64,000 bases of DNA from Thermodesulfobacteriota bacterium (GTDB lineage Bacteria; Desulfobacterota_D; UBA1144; Nemesobacterales; Mycalebacteriaceae). Shown here in pieces: positions 48,507 through 58,916 of the stretch. The notes below the pieces were generated by a model. The model had not been told where the DNA came from and ran no database searches. It saw only the letters and a program-made list of their open reading frames with translations. Made by a program: the position numbers and the translations under genes. Each line of letters opens with the position of its first letter. The stretch's first letter is position 1. The DNA is taken from contig OZ242184.1 of NCBI GenBank assembly GCA_965205855.1, forward strand, positions 1,120,001-1,184,000. The letters run 5' to 3'.

Positions 48507-49283
48507 TTATTTCAACGTACCGATGAGGGCTTCTTCGCTTCCGATATGTTTTTCCACCTCGTCAAGCATCACACTTCTTACCGCCTGTTCAAGTTTCTCC
48601 ATTCCCTCTCTGCCCGACGGGAAATTGTCTGGATAGACGGGAGGAAGAAACTCAACCGTCATCTCCGTGCCCGTGCCGAGTTTGAATTCGCCCTTTTTTT
48701 TCACTTTCCTTCCACCCCATATAACCATTGGAACAACCGGTGCGCCAGAAAGAGACGCAAGCAGAAAACCACCTTTTTTGAAACTCAAAAGCCGCCCGCT
48801 TTCGCTCCGTGTGCCTTCGGGGGCAAGCACAACGGTATGTTTTTTTCTACTGATTGCACGTGCCATCAACTTCAACTGTCTGGAATCTCCGCTTCCCCCG
48901 TCTCTGGATACAAAATAATGCCCTGACGTCTTTGAAAGCCACCCGACAAAAGGAATCTTCAAAACCTCGTCTTTCATAACCAGCTTATACTGCCCCGGCA
49001 GGGAGGCGACAAGAGCGGGAATGTCAAACGAGCTCTGATGATTGTACATTATAACTGACGGCACGGACGGAATATTTTCAGTACCACCCACATTCAAGCC
49101 CACTCCGTGGAAGATAAACATGGATTTTCCCCACGGACGAACCGCAAGCGGTATGACCAATTTCGGCGCGATAAGGGAAAGAACCATCCCAATAGTGCCA
49201 AATACCACGATGGCAATCAAAGAAAGAAAAAGAGCGAAAAGTGTTTTCAGCATTGGAAAGGGGAAGATTACATTCCGCGCCAC
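48507..49283 (-). CDS. plsC: 1-acyl-sn-glycerol-3-phosphate acyltransferase family
   Basis: NHQSSFD, PFVGW, PEGTRS, FKKGGF. Confidence 0.9.
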   Translation of the reverse strand: MARNVIFPFPMLKTLFALFLSLIAIVVFGTIGMVLSLIAPKLVIPLAVRPWGKSMFIFHGVGLNVGGTENIPSVPSVIMYNHQSSFDIPALVASLPGQYKLVMKDEVLKIPFVGWLSKTSGHYFVSRDGGSGDSRQLKLMARAISRKKHTVVLAPEGTRSESGRLLSFKKGGFLLASLSGAPVVPMVIWGGRKVKKKGEFKLGTGTEMTVEFLPPVYPDNFPSGREGMEKLEQAVRSVMLDEVEKHIGSEEALIGTLK

Positions 49284-49289
49284 TCTGTT

Positions 49290-50189
49290 TCAAGCGGACA
49301 GGATGCCCGAAGGTGTCAGCACATTAAGTGCCCCCGCGTCTGTCGACACATTATGACAGCCGGCTTTTAGAACAAAAGGCTCGCCGTCCATATGGGCGGG
49401 AAGGTCTCTTTCCGTTTCCACTGTCGCACAGCGAGATTGAAACCGTCTCATCCACCCGCCTTGCGCCGCACCGCCCATAACAGACACAAGTCGTGCGATC
49501 CGCATAAAAAAAGACATGTCGCTTATGAAATGAAAATCAAGCAGACCGTCATTGGGGCGGGCGGCGGGAGAGATTTTGAACCCTCCCTGACCGGCCCCGT
49601 TGGAAACCCCGGTGAGAAGGCAGCGCCCCTCTACCTCCACGGAGGAAGACGACAAACGCACGGGAAAACCCTCAAACCCGAACGCCGTCGCGCCTGCGGA
49701 CGCGAGATATCCGAAAAAACCACCGAGAAATCTGAACCTGGGAAAGACCGACGCTATGGCTCCGTCCATCCCTATCCCAAGCCCGTTGATAAAACCCCTG
49801 CCATCGAGCAAACCCATATCAACCTTCATACATTTCCCCGAGAACACCGTCTCAAGAGCTTCCGCCGTGGAAACCGGCACACCGCACGCGGCTGGGAAAT
49901 CATTGCCGCTTCCGCCCGCGACAATGCCGAATTTCACATTGGAGCCCGCAATTGCGTTTGCTATGTCGCTCGAAGTCCCGTCTCCGCCAACCGAAACTAT
50001 GTGTGAAAAACCCTCCCTTACGCCGTCAGAAGCAATGCGTCCGGCGTCTCCGGACGAACCGGTAAGGCGGATTTCAAATACCATCCGTTTCGAACGGGAA
50101 AAAGACGATATAGCTTTCTCGCTATCCCGCGCGTTACGCCTACCGGCAACCGGGTTGACAATAAAAAGATAGGATTTTCCGTCTGTCAT
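49290..50189 (-). CDS. Diacylglycerol/lipid kinase (YegS/DgkB family)
   Basis: VNPVAG, VGGDGT, GSGNDF, GIGMDG, DGE; start at ATG 50189. Confidence 0.9.
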   Translation of the reverse strand: MTDGKSYLFIVNPVAGRRNARDSEKAISSFSRSKRMVFEIRLTGSSGDAGRIASDGVREGFSHIVSVGGDGTSSDIANAIAGSNVKFGIVAGGSGNDFPAACGVPVSTAEALETVFSGKCMKVDMGLLDGRGFINGLGIGMDGAIASVFPRFRFLGGFFGYLASAGATAFGFEGFPVRLSSSSVEVEGRCLLTGVSNGAGQGGFKISPAARPNDGLLDFHFISDMSFFMRIARLVSVMGGAAQGGWMRRFQSRCATVETERDLPAHMDGEPFVLKAGCHNVSTDAGALNVLTPSGILSA

Positions 50190-50342
50190 ACCGGTTAGAC
50201 TATAACAGAAAGGAAAAAAATTCCGCCGGACAAACATGGAACGGAGGCGGTCGGCAAAGCGTTGGTCTATTGGGGAAAACCGGTTGAATCTGCTAGAAAA
50301 ACTTGATAAAAACTCCGCATTTGTGTAAAAAACTCGCCTTGC

Positions 50343-50373
50343 GTTCCTTACGGGGTGCTGGCAAAAGGAGAAC
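50343..50373 (+). promoter_or_regulatory. Possible rpsB leader hairpin
   Basis: GTTCCTT pairs with AAGGAGAAC (covering the SD) around a CGGGGTGC loop. Confidence 0.35.
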
Positions 50374-50376
50374 TTA

Positions 50377-51342
50377 ATGAACGAAAAAACACAAGAAATG
50401 CAAGTTGGCCACGAAGACCTGAGTATGAAACAGCTTCTTGAAGCCGGAGCACATTTCGGACATCAGAAAAGCTACTGGAACCCGAAGATGAAATCCCATA
50501 TCTTCGGTGTCAGGAACGGCGTTCATATAATTGACCTACAGAGAACCGTGAAACTTTTCAAAGTTGCCTATAATTTTGTTTTCAACCTGACTTCAAAAGG
50601 CGGAACGGTTCTGTTTGTGGGAACGAAACAACAGGCGCGCGGAATAATAAAAGAAGAGAGCGAGAGGTGTTCCATGCCTTATGTTAATGTGCGGTGGCTC
50701 GGAGGAACTCTGACAAATTTCAGCACAATACGCTCACGGCTCCAATACATGGACAGTCTGAAAAAGCTTGAAGAAGAAAATAAAATGGAACTGCTTCCAA
50801 ACAAAGAGGCAATAAAGCTCAGAAAAGAGATGGCGAAACTGTCAAGCCTCATAGGCGGGCTTCCATCAATGAAAAGACTTCCGGAGGCAATGTTCATAAT
50901 TGATACAAACAAGGAAATAAACGCTTTCAAGGAAGCAAAAAAACTCGGTATATCGGTTGTGGGTCTGGTTGACACAAATTGCGACCCGTCCGAGGTTGAC
51001 TACGTGATACCGACAAATGACGACGCAATGAAGGCAATCAAACTGTTCACTTCCAAGATCGCCGAAGCATGCATTGAAGGTACGAAAATTTACGCGGAAA
51101 CCATAAAAGATATGCCCGAAGAGAAAATCAGGGAGCAGATTGAAGAGACCGACGGCCCCGTTGTGGAGAAGAAAATGTATGTGTTCAAAAAATTCGGAGA
51201 AGATGAAGAAGACTCAGAGGACACAAACGTCGCGTCCTCCGGGCCAAGCCAAAGCGCAAATCCGCAAAAAAGCGGGGACAGCAATGAGAATGAAAACACA
51301 AACCAAACCACGAAGTCCGGCGAGGTTGAGAAAACGGAATAA
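50377..51342 (+). CDS. rpsB: 30S ribosomal protein S2
   Basis: LLEAGAHFGH, WNPKM, RWLGGTLTN, DTNCDP; acidic C-terminal tail. Confidence 0.98.
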   Translation: MNEKTQEMQVGHEDLSMKQLLEAGAHFGHQKSYWNPKMKSHIFGVRNGVHIIDLQRTVKLFKVAYNFVFNLTSKGGTVLFVGTKQQARGIIKEESERCSMPYVNVRWLGGTLTNFSTIRSRLQYMDSLKKLEEENKMELLPNKEAIKLRKEMAKLSSLIGGLPSMKRLPEAMFIIDTNKEINAFKEAKKLGISVVGLVDTNCDPSEVDYVIPTNDDAMKAIKLFTSKIAEACIEGTKIYAETIKDMPEEKIREQIEETDGPVVEKKMYVFKKFGEDEEDSEDTNVASSGPSQSANPQKSGDSNENENTNQTTKSGEVEKTE

Positions 51343-51944
51343 TGGCGGAAATCACTTCAGCGATGGTGAGGGAGGCAAGAGACCGCACCGGAGCGTCTTT
51401 TATTGACTGTAAAAACGCTCTTGCGGAATCAGGCGGTGACATGGAGAAGGCCCTTGATATCCTCAAGATAAAAGGCGCGTCTCGCGCGTCGAAAAAGTCC
51501 GGCAGGAAAACCCCCGAAGGAATCATAACCTCCTACATACACCCCGGAGGAAAAATAGGAGTTATGCTTGAACTCAACTGCGAGACCGATTTTGTCGCAA
51601 GAAACGAAGAGTTCCAACAACTTTCAAAAGAAATAACCATGCAGGTAGCAGCAACGGGTCCGCTATACACTTCAAGGAAGGAAATTCCCACGGAGATAGT
51701 TGAGAAAGAGAAGGAAATCATCAAAGCCCGCGCGAAAGAATTGAGAAAACCAGACAAGATAATGGACAAAATAGTTGAGGGCGGAATTGAAAAATTTTAC
51801 AAAGAGGTTTGCCTTCTGGAACAGGACTACATAAGGGAACCGAAAACACGTGTCAACGACCTTGTCGCCGCGGCGATATCAAAAACCGGCGAAAACATAG
51901 TGGTAAAAAGGTTTGCCAGATTCCAATTAGGAGAGCCCGATTGA
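51342..51944 (+). CDS. tsf: Elongation factor Ts (short form)
   Basis: [27 protein letters not shown]. Confidence 0.97.
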   Translation: MAEITSAMVREARDRTGASFIDCKNALAESGGDMEKALDILKIKGASRASKKSGRKTPEGIITSYIHPGGKIGVMLELNCETDFVARNEEFQQLSKEITMQVAATGPLYTSRKEIPTEIVEKEKEIIKARAKELRKPDKIMDKIVEGGIEKFYKEVCLLEQDYIREPKTRVNDLVAAAISKTGENIVVKRFARFQLGEPD

Positions 51945-51957
51945 GGCTCGCCCCGCA

Positions 51958-52695
51958 ATGCCTTCAACAGAAAAAAAAAACATCTACAAAAGAATACTTC
52001 TGAAAATCGGAGGTGAGGCGTTTCAGGGTAAGGATGAGTTTGGAATAGACACGGACACTCTGGACAAAGTCTCCGAAGAACTGAAAGAACTGACATCTCT
52101 CGGCGTAGATATCGCGCTCGTAATCGGCGGCGGCAACTTCTTCAGGGGAAGCTCCAAAGACGCGCGCAAAATGGACAGGTCAACGGCGGATTACATGGGA
52201 ATGCTGGCGACCGTAATAAACTCAATCGCACTTCAGGATTCCCTTGAAAAACAGGGAGTAGACACAAGGGTGCAGAGCGGGCTTGAAATCAAACAGGTCG
52301 CGGAGCCTTTTATCAAACGCCGCGCTTTAAGACACATTGAAAAAGGCAGGGTTGTTATCTTCGCCGCGGGGACGGGAAACCCTTTCTTCACAACCGACAC
52401 CGCAGCCTCTCTTCGGGCGCTTCAAATCGGGGCGGATATTGTCCTTAAAGGAACAAAGGTTGACGGAATATACGACAGAGACCCTGAGAAACACAGCGAC
52501 GCGAAAATGTTCAAAGAGCTTACATACATGGAAGTTATCCAAAAAGAGCTCAATGTAATGGACACAACAGCCATATCACTTTGTATGCAGAGCGGGATTC
52601 CGGTAGTGGTGTTCAATCTGTTCAAAAAAGGAAACATGAAAAAAGTCGTGCGCGGGGAAAAAATCGGAACAAAGGTCTGGAACGGGCAAAAATGA
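51958..52695 (+). CDS. pyrH: Uridylate kinase
   Basis: [30 protein letters not shown]. Confidence 0.97.
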   Translation: MPSTEKKNIYKRILLKIGGEAFQGKDEFGIDTDTLDKVSEELKELTSLGVDIALVIGGGNFFRGSSKDARKMDRSTADYMGMLATVINSIALQDSLEKQGVDTRVQSGLEIKQVAEPFIKRRALRHIEKGRVVIFAAGTGNPFFTTDTAASLRALQIGADIVLKGTKVDGIYDRDPEKHSDAKMFKELTYMEVIQKELNVMDTTAISLCMQSGIPVVVFNLFKKGNMKKVVRGEKIGTKVWNGQK

Positions 52696-53258
52696 GCAAA
52701 GCGCTTGCGGAAATTAAAAAGTTGATGGAACAAAGGATGGGAAAAACCATATCCGCGCTTGAATCCGAGTTGGCAAAACTGAGAACCGGCAAAGCGTCAA
52801 CCGGTCTTATTGAGGGGCTTGAGATTGACTACCACGGAACAAAGATGCCCTTGAATCAAGTTGCGGGGCTGAATGTGCCAGACCCGCAAACCGTCCTCAT
52901 ACAACCATGGGACGAAACGGTTATAGGCGAAATAGAAAAAGCGGTCAACCAATCCGACCTCGGCCTCAACCCCGCGCGGGACGGCAAAATGATTCGCCTT
53001 TCCATTCCGCCACTGAGCGAGGAAAGAAGAAAAGATCTTGTAAAAGTTGCCGGCAGAATAGCGGAAGAACACAGGGTTTCTATAAGACAGACAAGAAAAG
53101 ACCTGAACACAAAAGTGAAAAATATGGAGAAAGGCGGCGAATTTTCGGAAGACGAAAGTAAAAAAGCCCTGGCAGATATTCAGAAATCCACCGATGATTT
53201 CATTAAGAAAATAAACTCCGCACTTGAAAGGAAGGAAAAAGAAGTTCTGGAGATTTAA
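52692..53258 (+). CDS. frr: Ribosome recycling factor
   Basis: [25 protein letters not shown]; start at ATG 52692. Confidence 0.97.
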   Translation: MSKALAEIKKLMEQRMGKTISALESELAKLRTGKASTGLIEGLEIDYHGTKMPLNQVAGLNVPDPQTVLIQPWDETVIGEIEKAVNQSDLGLNPARDGKMIRLSIPPLSEERRKDLVKVAGRIAEEHRVSIRQTRKDLNTKVKNMEKGGEFSEDESKKALADIQKSTDDFIKKINSALERKEKEVLEI

Positions 53259-54541
53259 GCAATCTGTCCCGCCGTAATTCTCTCCATCCCTCCCATATAC
53301 GGCACAAGAGCTGGAGGGATATTCACATTCCCGTCCTTTTGTTGAAAATTCTCAAGAATTGCCACAACCGTTCTGCCAATTGCGAGACCGGAACCGTTCA
53401 GCGTGTGAATAAAATCCGTCTTCTTTCCGTCTTTGAACCTGATACCCAACCTTCTCGCCTGAAAATCCTCAAAGTTGCTGCATGATGATATCTCTCTGTA
53501 TGCGCCTTCGCCGGGAAGCCATACCTCAATGTCGTAGGTTTTCGCGGAAGAAAACCCCATGTCTCCGGAGCACAGAACGACAACTCTGTAATGAATCCCG
53601 AGACGCTCAAGCATATTGCAGGCGTTTGATGTGAGAGACTCAAGTTCGGCGTATGAATTCTCAGGGCGCGCAAGTTTGACAAGCTCCACCTTGTTGAACT
53701 GATGCTGTCTGATAATCCCCCGTGTGTCTTTTCCGTACGAGCCCGCCTCTTTGCGGAAACACGGCGTGCATGCCACATATTTCAGGGGCAAATCCCCGGC
53801 GGAGATTATTTCGTCACGGTGTATGTTTGTAACCGGAACCTCGGCGGTCGGTATAAGGAAATAGTCCGTACCTTCAAGTTTGAAAAGATCCTCCTCAAAC
53901 TTGGGAAGATTGCCCGTTCCGGTCAGACTCGCGGTGTTTGCGGCAAACGGTGGGAGCGTTTCCGTGTAACCGTTCTCCCTTGTGTGGATGTCAAGCATGA
54001 AGTTTGCAAGCGCCCTTTCAAGAAGAGCGCCCGCGCCAAAATAAAGCACGAAACGGGAACCGGTTATCTTTGCCGCTCTCTCAAGGTCAAGAATGCCGAG
54101 CTTTGAGCCAACCTCGTCGTGAGTCAAAGGATCAAAATCAAACTGCGGTTTCTCTCCCCATTTTTTTATTTCAACATTATCCTGCTCGCCCGCGCCGCGT
54201 GGAACACTCTCATGCGGAATGTTGGGAATTTCGAGCATGGCGGTTCTGATTTCTTCCTCAATTTCAGCCCTTTGTGAATTAAGGGACTTCACCTTCTCCG
54301 AAATGGTTTTGAGTTCTTTGGAAAGTCCGGCAAAGGCCTTTCCGTCCCCCTGTTGTTTAAGCGCCGCCATTTCGCGCGAGCCCTTGTTGCGCTCGCTCTC
54401 AAACGCCTCAACATTGACAATCAACTCACGCCGCCGTGCGGCAAGTGTTTTCAGTGTCTCGAAGTCCGCTTCAAAACCGCGCGCGGACAGCTTTTCAGTC
54501 ACTTCATCAATATTGCTTTCAACAAATTTCCAGTCAAGCAT
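53255..54541 (-). CDS. serS: Serine--tRNA ligase
   Basis: [40 protein letters not shown]. Confidence 0.98.
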   Translation of the reverse strand: MLDWKFVESNIDEVTEKLSARGFEADFETLKTLAARRRELIVNVEAFESERNKGSREMAALKQQGDGKAFAGLSKELKTISEKVKSLNSQRAEIEEEIRTAMLEIPNIPHESVPRGAGEQDNVEIKKWGEKPQFDFDPLTHDEVGSKLGILDLERAAKITGSRFVLYFGAGALLERALANFMLDIHTRENGYTETLPPFAANTASLTGTGNLPKFEEDLFKLEGTDYFLIPTAEVPVTNIHRDEIISAGDLPLKYVACTPCFRKEAGSYGKDTRGIIRQHQFNKVELVKLARPENSYAELESLTSNACNMLERLGIHYRVVVLCSGDMGFSSAKTYDIEVWLPGEGAYREISSCSNFEDFQARRLGIRFKDGKKTDFIHTLNGSGLAIGRTVVAILENFQQKDGNVNIPPALVPYMGGMERITAGQIA

Positions 54542-54614
54542 GGATTACAATTCCGTTTGAACAGAATTACAGGATAACCCAAAACCAAATACGAATAAAC
54601 TCCGGAAAGCATTT

Positions 54615-54643
54615 TTGACAATGAAAATTCTCACGGTTAATTT
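54615..54643 (+). promoter_or_regulatory. sigma70-type promoter
   Basis: TTGACA (54615-54620), 17 nt, TAATTT (54638-54643); GGAGG SD before TTG 54676. Confidence 0.6.
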
Positions 54644-54675
54644 GAGTTTGCATATTCATCAAGGGAGGAAATACT

Positions 54676-55395
54676 TTGAGTAAACTTACGGACGGAACCG
54701 AGATAACTTTCTACGGTCAATCGACTTTTTCAATCAAAACACCGGGCGGAAAAACCGTTTTAATAGACCCGTGGGTCAAGGGCAATCCGGCCTGCCCGGA
54801 AAATCTGCATGAAATCGAAAAACTTGATGTCATGGCAATCACCCACGGGCACTTTGACCATATGAGCGACGCCATTGAAATCGCAAAAGAGCACAAGCCG
54901 CAGGTGGTGGCGAACTGGGAGATATGCTCATGGCTCGGCGGCAAAGGCATTGAGAGCTGCCTTCCGATGAACAAAGGCGGAGGACAGACCGTTGAGGGAA
55001 TCCGTTTTGTGATGACTCATGCTCAGCACTCAAGCGGCATAACAGAGGAGGACGGAACACTTTCTGAAGGCGGGGAAGCGGCGGGTTTTATTATTGAGCT
55101 TGAAAACGGATACAGGATGTATCACGCCGGAGACACAAACATATTCAGCGATATGAAACTTATAAGGGAGATTTACGCTCCGAAACTCGCTTTTCTGCCG
55201 ATAGGAGACCTGTTCACAATGTCGCCGCTTGAGGCGTCCTACGCATGCAGGTTTATCTCTCCGGAAATTGTTATTCCCATGCATTATGCCACTTTCCCGG
55301 TTCTGACGGGCACCCCCGGCGAACTTGAAAAACTCACCTCGGACATAAAAGAGCTTGAAGTAGTCGCGCTCACACCGGGAGAAACCCTGAAATAG
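54676..55395 (+). CDS. Metallo-beta-lactamase fold hydrolase (UPF0173)
   Basis: IDPW, THGHFDH, HSS, YHAGDT, IPMHY. Confidence 0.92.
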   Translation: MSKLTDGTEITFYGQSTFSIKTPGGKTVLIDPWVKGNPACPENLHEIEKLDVMAITHGHFDHMSDAIEIAKEHKPQVVANWEICSWLGGKGIESCLPMNKGGGQTVEGIRFVMTHAQHSSGITEEDGTLSEGGEAAGFIIELENGYRMYHAGDTNIFSDMKLIREIYAPKLAFLPIGDLFTMSPLEASYACRFISPEIVIPMHYATFPVLTGTPGELEKLTSDIKELEVVALTPGETLK

Positions 55396-55398
55396 GCA

Positions 55399-56457
55399 AT
55401 GGAAATAGGAATTCCAAAAGAGATAAAGACCTTTGAATTCAGGGTCGCACTCACACCGCGCGCCGTGAACACGCTAGTTGAAGCGGGACACAAAACCTTC
55501 GTTGAAAAAGGAGCCGGAAACGGTATCGGCATAAAAGACGACCAATATGTGGCGGCCGGAGCGGAGATTGCGGAATCGGCGCAAGAAGTTTTTGAAAAAG
55601 CATCCCTGATTGTCAAAGTCAAGGAGCCGCAAAAAAGCGAGTATCCGCTCATCAAGGAAAAACACACGCTTTTTTGCTATCTGCACCTTGCGGCCGAAGA
55701 GGAACTGGCAGGCGCCCTTGTCGCTTCGGGAACGAAAGCGATTGCTTTTGAAACCGTGCAACTTGATGACGGCTCTCTCCCTCTTCTTGAGCCGATGAGC
55801 ATAATAGCGGGAAGAATTTCCATCCAGGTGGGCGCGACCTTTCTTCAAAAAGACAACGGCGGTAAGGGAGTGCTTTTCGGCGGAGTTCCGGGAGTGCTTC
55901 CCGCAAAAGTGCTTGTGGTGGGCGGGGGAACGGCCGGGTACGCGGCGGTGGATGTCGCTTTTGGAATGGGCGCCGAAGTTACGGTAATAGACAAAAACTA
56001 CACCAGACTCGCCTTTTTTCAGGAGAGGTTCGGGGGCCACATCAAAACATTACCTTCTTACAAATCACTCATAGAAGAAGAGTGCGCCGTCGCGGACCTT
56101 ATTGTAGGGGCGGTTCTCGTTCCGGGTCTGAAAGCGCCGAAAGTCATAAGCGGAGACGCGATTGCGGAAATGGAAAACGGGACTGTTTTTGTTGATATCT
56201 CCATAGATCAGGGAGGATGCTCGGAAACAAGCCGTCCGACCTCCCACGCCGATCCGGTTTACAAGGTGGGTGGAGCAATTCATTACTGCGTAACAAACAT
56301 TCCCTCGCTTACGGCAAGAACATCAACATACGCGCTTTCGGGCAAGATACTCCCCTATGTTATGAAGATTGCGGACGGAAATTGTGACCGCGCCTTGGAT
56401 AAAGGCGTGAACACCGAAAATGGGAAACTCATCATAGACCTTCACGGAGACGGATGA
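55399..56457 (+). CDS. ald: Alanine dehydrogenase
   Basis: IGIPKEIK..EFRV, KVKEP, YLHLA, PMS.IAGR, IDQGGC.ETS. Confidence 0.95.
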   Translation: MEIGIPKEIKTFEFRVALTPRAVNTLVEAGHKTFVEKGAGNGIGIKDDQYVAAGAEIAESAQEVFEKASLIVKVKEPQKSEYPLIKEKHTLFCYLHLAAEEELAGALVASGTKAIAFETVQLDDGSLPLLEPMSIIAGRISIQVGATFLQKDNGGKGVLFGGVPGVLPAKVLVVGGGTAGYAAVDVAFGMGAEVTVIDKNYTRLAFFQERFGGHIKTLPSYKSLIEEECAVADLIVGAVLVPGLKAPKVISGDAIAEMENGTVFVDISIDQGGCSETSRPTSHADPVYKVGGAIHYCVTNIPSLTARTSTYALSGKILPYVMKIADGNCDRALDKGVNTENGKLIIDLHGDG

Positions 56458-56504
56458 GCGTCAAACTTGACTGTCGGGATTGATAGTTGATATTTAGTTA
56501 CCAA

Positions 56505-57185
56505 ATGCGCGGAAGACTTTTTTTTATTATTTTTGTCGCCATTGCGGCGATAACTGGCTCATGCGGAGGAAAACCCGATTATTCAAATATGTCCGCCGAG
56601 CAAATGTTTATGAAAGCGTCAAAAATGTCCGACGAGAAAAAAAGGTTTTTCTCCAGAAACGACAAGAAAATCCCGCTTGAAATGCTCAAAGAAATTCAAA
56701 TAAGACACGCGTTCAGTTCGTATACGCCTCTTGCATCTTTGAAAACCGCGGACATTTACTTCATTCAGGAGAAATACAAAACAGCTTCTGACCAGTATAA
56801 AAAATTCCTCGAGGACAATCCCAAACATGAAAAACGCGAGTACGCCATGCACAGGCTTTTTGAAAGTTTCTACAGTATAAAAGAATCATATCAAAGAGAC
56901 CAGCGTCCCTGCAAGCAGGCAATCTACTGGGGTCAGTCTTTTCTGTCATATCATCCGGAATCCGAATACAAAGACGAAACCCTGTCCAAAATACAAACAT
57001 GCTTTGACACCATTGCGAAAGGTGAGCTGGAAATAGGGAAATTCTATTTAAAGCGCAAAAAATACAAAGCGGCAAGACGCAGATTTCTCTATCTGGCGGA
57101 CAATTTTCCTCAAACCGAAGCCGCCCGTCAGTCAGAGGCGCTTATAGCGTCAATCCCCGAAAAAGAAGAGAAAAAAGCCCAATAG
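56505..57185 (+). CDS. bamD: Outer membrane assembly lipoprotein BamD
   Basis: Lipobox-like ITGSC, TPR helices, RDQ motif, ELEIGKFYLKR. Confidence 0.85.
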   Translation: MRGRLFFIIFVAIAAITGSCGGKPDYSNMSAEQMFMKASKMSDEKKRFFSRNDKKIPLEMLKEIQIRHAFSSYTPLASLKTADIYFIQEKYKTASDQYKKFLEDNPKHEKREYAMHRLFESFYSIKESYQRDQRPCKQAIYWGQSFLSYHPESEYKDETLSKIQTCFDTIAKGELEIGKFYLKRKKYKAARRRFLYLADNFPQTEAARQSEALIASIPEKEEKKAQ

Positions 57186-57197
57186 AGCTCAACTTCA

Positions 57198-58238
57198 ATG
57201 CCTTTCAGGACGATTGAATGGAAAAACGGTTCGGCGGTAGTAATTCTTGACCAGAGAAAACTGCCTGAAGAAGAAAGTTATCTTCAGTGCTCAACGCACG
57301 AAGAAGTGGCGTATGCGATAAGTTCCATGGCGATAAGGGGAGCTCCGGCAATCGGCATTGCGGCGTCAATGGGGTTCGCACTGGGAGCGGCGCAAAACAG
57401 CGGCGCAAAAACAAAAGAGATATTTCTCGAAAGCATGATAAATGTTCGCGAGACTCTTGAGCAAACCCGTCCCACGGCGGTCAATCTTTTCTGGGCACTT
57501 GAGCGGATGGAAAATCTGTTGTTGAAAAACCCACAGGCGGCGCCCGGAGAACTTGCAGGAATCTTGAGAACTGAAGCCGTGACTATATGCGAGGAAGACC
57601 TCAATCTCTGTAAAAAAATAGGGAAGAACGGGCAATCCCTCATTAAAAACGATTCTACCATTATGACTCACTGCAACGCGGGAGGTCTCGCAACCGCCGG
57701 ATACGGGACGGCTCTGGGAATTATAAGAGCCGCGCATGACTCTGGCAAAAAAGTGAATGTCATATCACCCGAAACGCGACCGCTGTTACAGGGTTCCCGT
57801 CTTACCGCCTGGGAACTCTCGTATGACAAAATACCCGTTACTGTTATAACAGACACTGCGGCGGGATACACAATGAAAAACAAAACCGTGGATGCGATAA
57901 TCGTTGGTGCGGACAGAATTGCCGCAAACGGTGATGTGGCAAATAAAATAGGAACCTACCAGCTGTCGGTACTCGCAAAGCATCACGGAATCCCGTTCCA
58001 TGTGGCGGCGCCATGGTCAACATTTGACATGAATTGCGCCAGCGGAAAAGGCATTCCCATTGAGCAAAGGTCGTGGCGGGAAGTGTCCGGAATCGGGAAT
58101 AAAAGAACCGCGGCGGAGGGAGCGGAAATCATAAACCCGGCTTTTGATGTTACTCCGGCAGAAAATATAGACAGCATCATAACCGACAGGGGAGTAATCA
58201 GACATCCCTGCCGTGAAGAGATTGAGAAGTTGCGTTAA
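57198..58238 (+). CDS. mtnA: S-methyl-5-thioribose-1-phosphate isomerase
   Basis: DQRKLP, IRGAPAIG, RPTAVNL, THCNAG, ETRP..QG.RLTAWE, ANKIGT. Confidence 0.96.
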   Translation: MPFRTIEWKNGSAVVILDQRKLPEEESYLQCSTHEEVAYAISSMAIRGAPAIGIAASMGFALGAAQNSGAKTKEIFLESMINVRETLEQTRPTAVNLFWALERMENLLLKNPQAAPGELAGILRTEAVTICEEDLNLCKKIGKNGQSLIKNDSTIMTHCNAGGLATAGYGTALGIIRAAHDSGKKVNVISPETRPLLQGSRLTAWELSYDKIPVTVITDTAAGYTMKNKTVDAIIVGADRIAANGDVANKIGTYQLSVLAKHHGIPFHVAAPWSTFDMNCASGKGIPIEQRSWREVSGIGNKRTAAEGAEIINPAFDVTPAENIDSIITDRGVIRHPCREEIEKLR

Positions 58239-58756
58239 GATTTTTCTATCTCTTCCTGGGCCTCAATGGTGAATTTGGCAAAAGGCATTACGCGCAACCT
58301 GTCTTCGCCTATTTTCTCACCGGTCATTTCGCAAATCCCATATGTCCCATCGCGTACGCGCGCCAACGCGTCTTCTATCTGCTTCAGTTTCTGACGCTCG
58401 CGCTCGGAGAAGGTCAGGGACAGAATTCTTTCCCTGTCATCGGAAGCCTTGTCATAAAAATCGCCCACACCGGAATTCGTATTATTGGTTTCATGTTGGA
58501 TTGAGCGCGAAACTCCCTTGAGCAAACTGTCCCTCATTGAAACAAGATCTTTTGTTATTTCATCAAGAAACCGCTTCCCGTATTTGGATTTAACCGGACT
58601 TGAGGATTTGGGCTTTGACACTTTTGCGGTTTTTCGGGTTTTTGTCATCTTCGGGGCAACTTTTGCGGGTGTTGGATTATCAGTCACTTTCCCGGTTTTC
58701 CCGGAAGAGGTTTTGCTGCCGGACACAACTTTTTTTCTCAATTTTTTCTCAGCCAT
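58235..58756 (-). CDS. dksA: DksA/TraR family regulator lacking the four-Cys zinc finger
   Basis: DFYDKA (DxxDxA), IEDAL.R...GTYGICEMTGE.I...RL..MPFA. Confidence 0.85.
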   Translation of the reverse strand: MAEKKLRKKVVSGSKTSSGKTGKVTDNPTPAKVAPKMTKTRKTAKVSKPKSSSPVKSKYGKRFLDEITKDLVSMRDSLLKGVSRSIQHETNNTNSGVGDFYDKASDDRERILSLTFSERERQKLKQIEDALARVRDGTYGICEMTGEKIGEDRLRVMPFAKFTIEAQEEIEKS

Positions 58757-58916
58757 ATTCCACCTTGAAGTCTGATTTTTAAGTTTCGCAGGGACTATTA
58801 AGTATGTGAAGAGTGGTCAATTGTCAAGCCCTCCCGAAGCGGGCGTATTGAGTTTGACAAAAGAAGCTCTTTTATTACTATTGAGTTCAGTCTGTGTAAA
58901 CAGGGACCCTTTGTTA

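Noticed and set aside
51342-51944. EF-Ts of only 200 aa
   Set aside because: The short EF-Ts form is well known in several phyla and is not a truncation.
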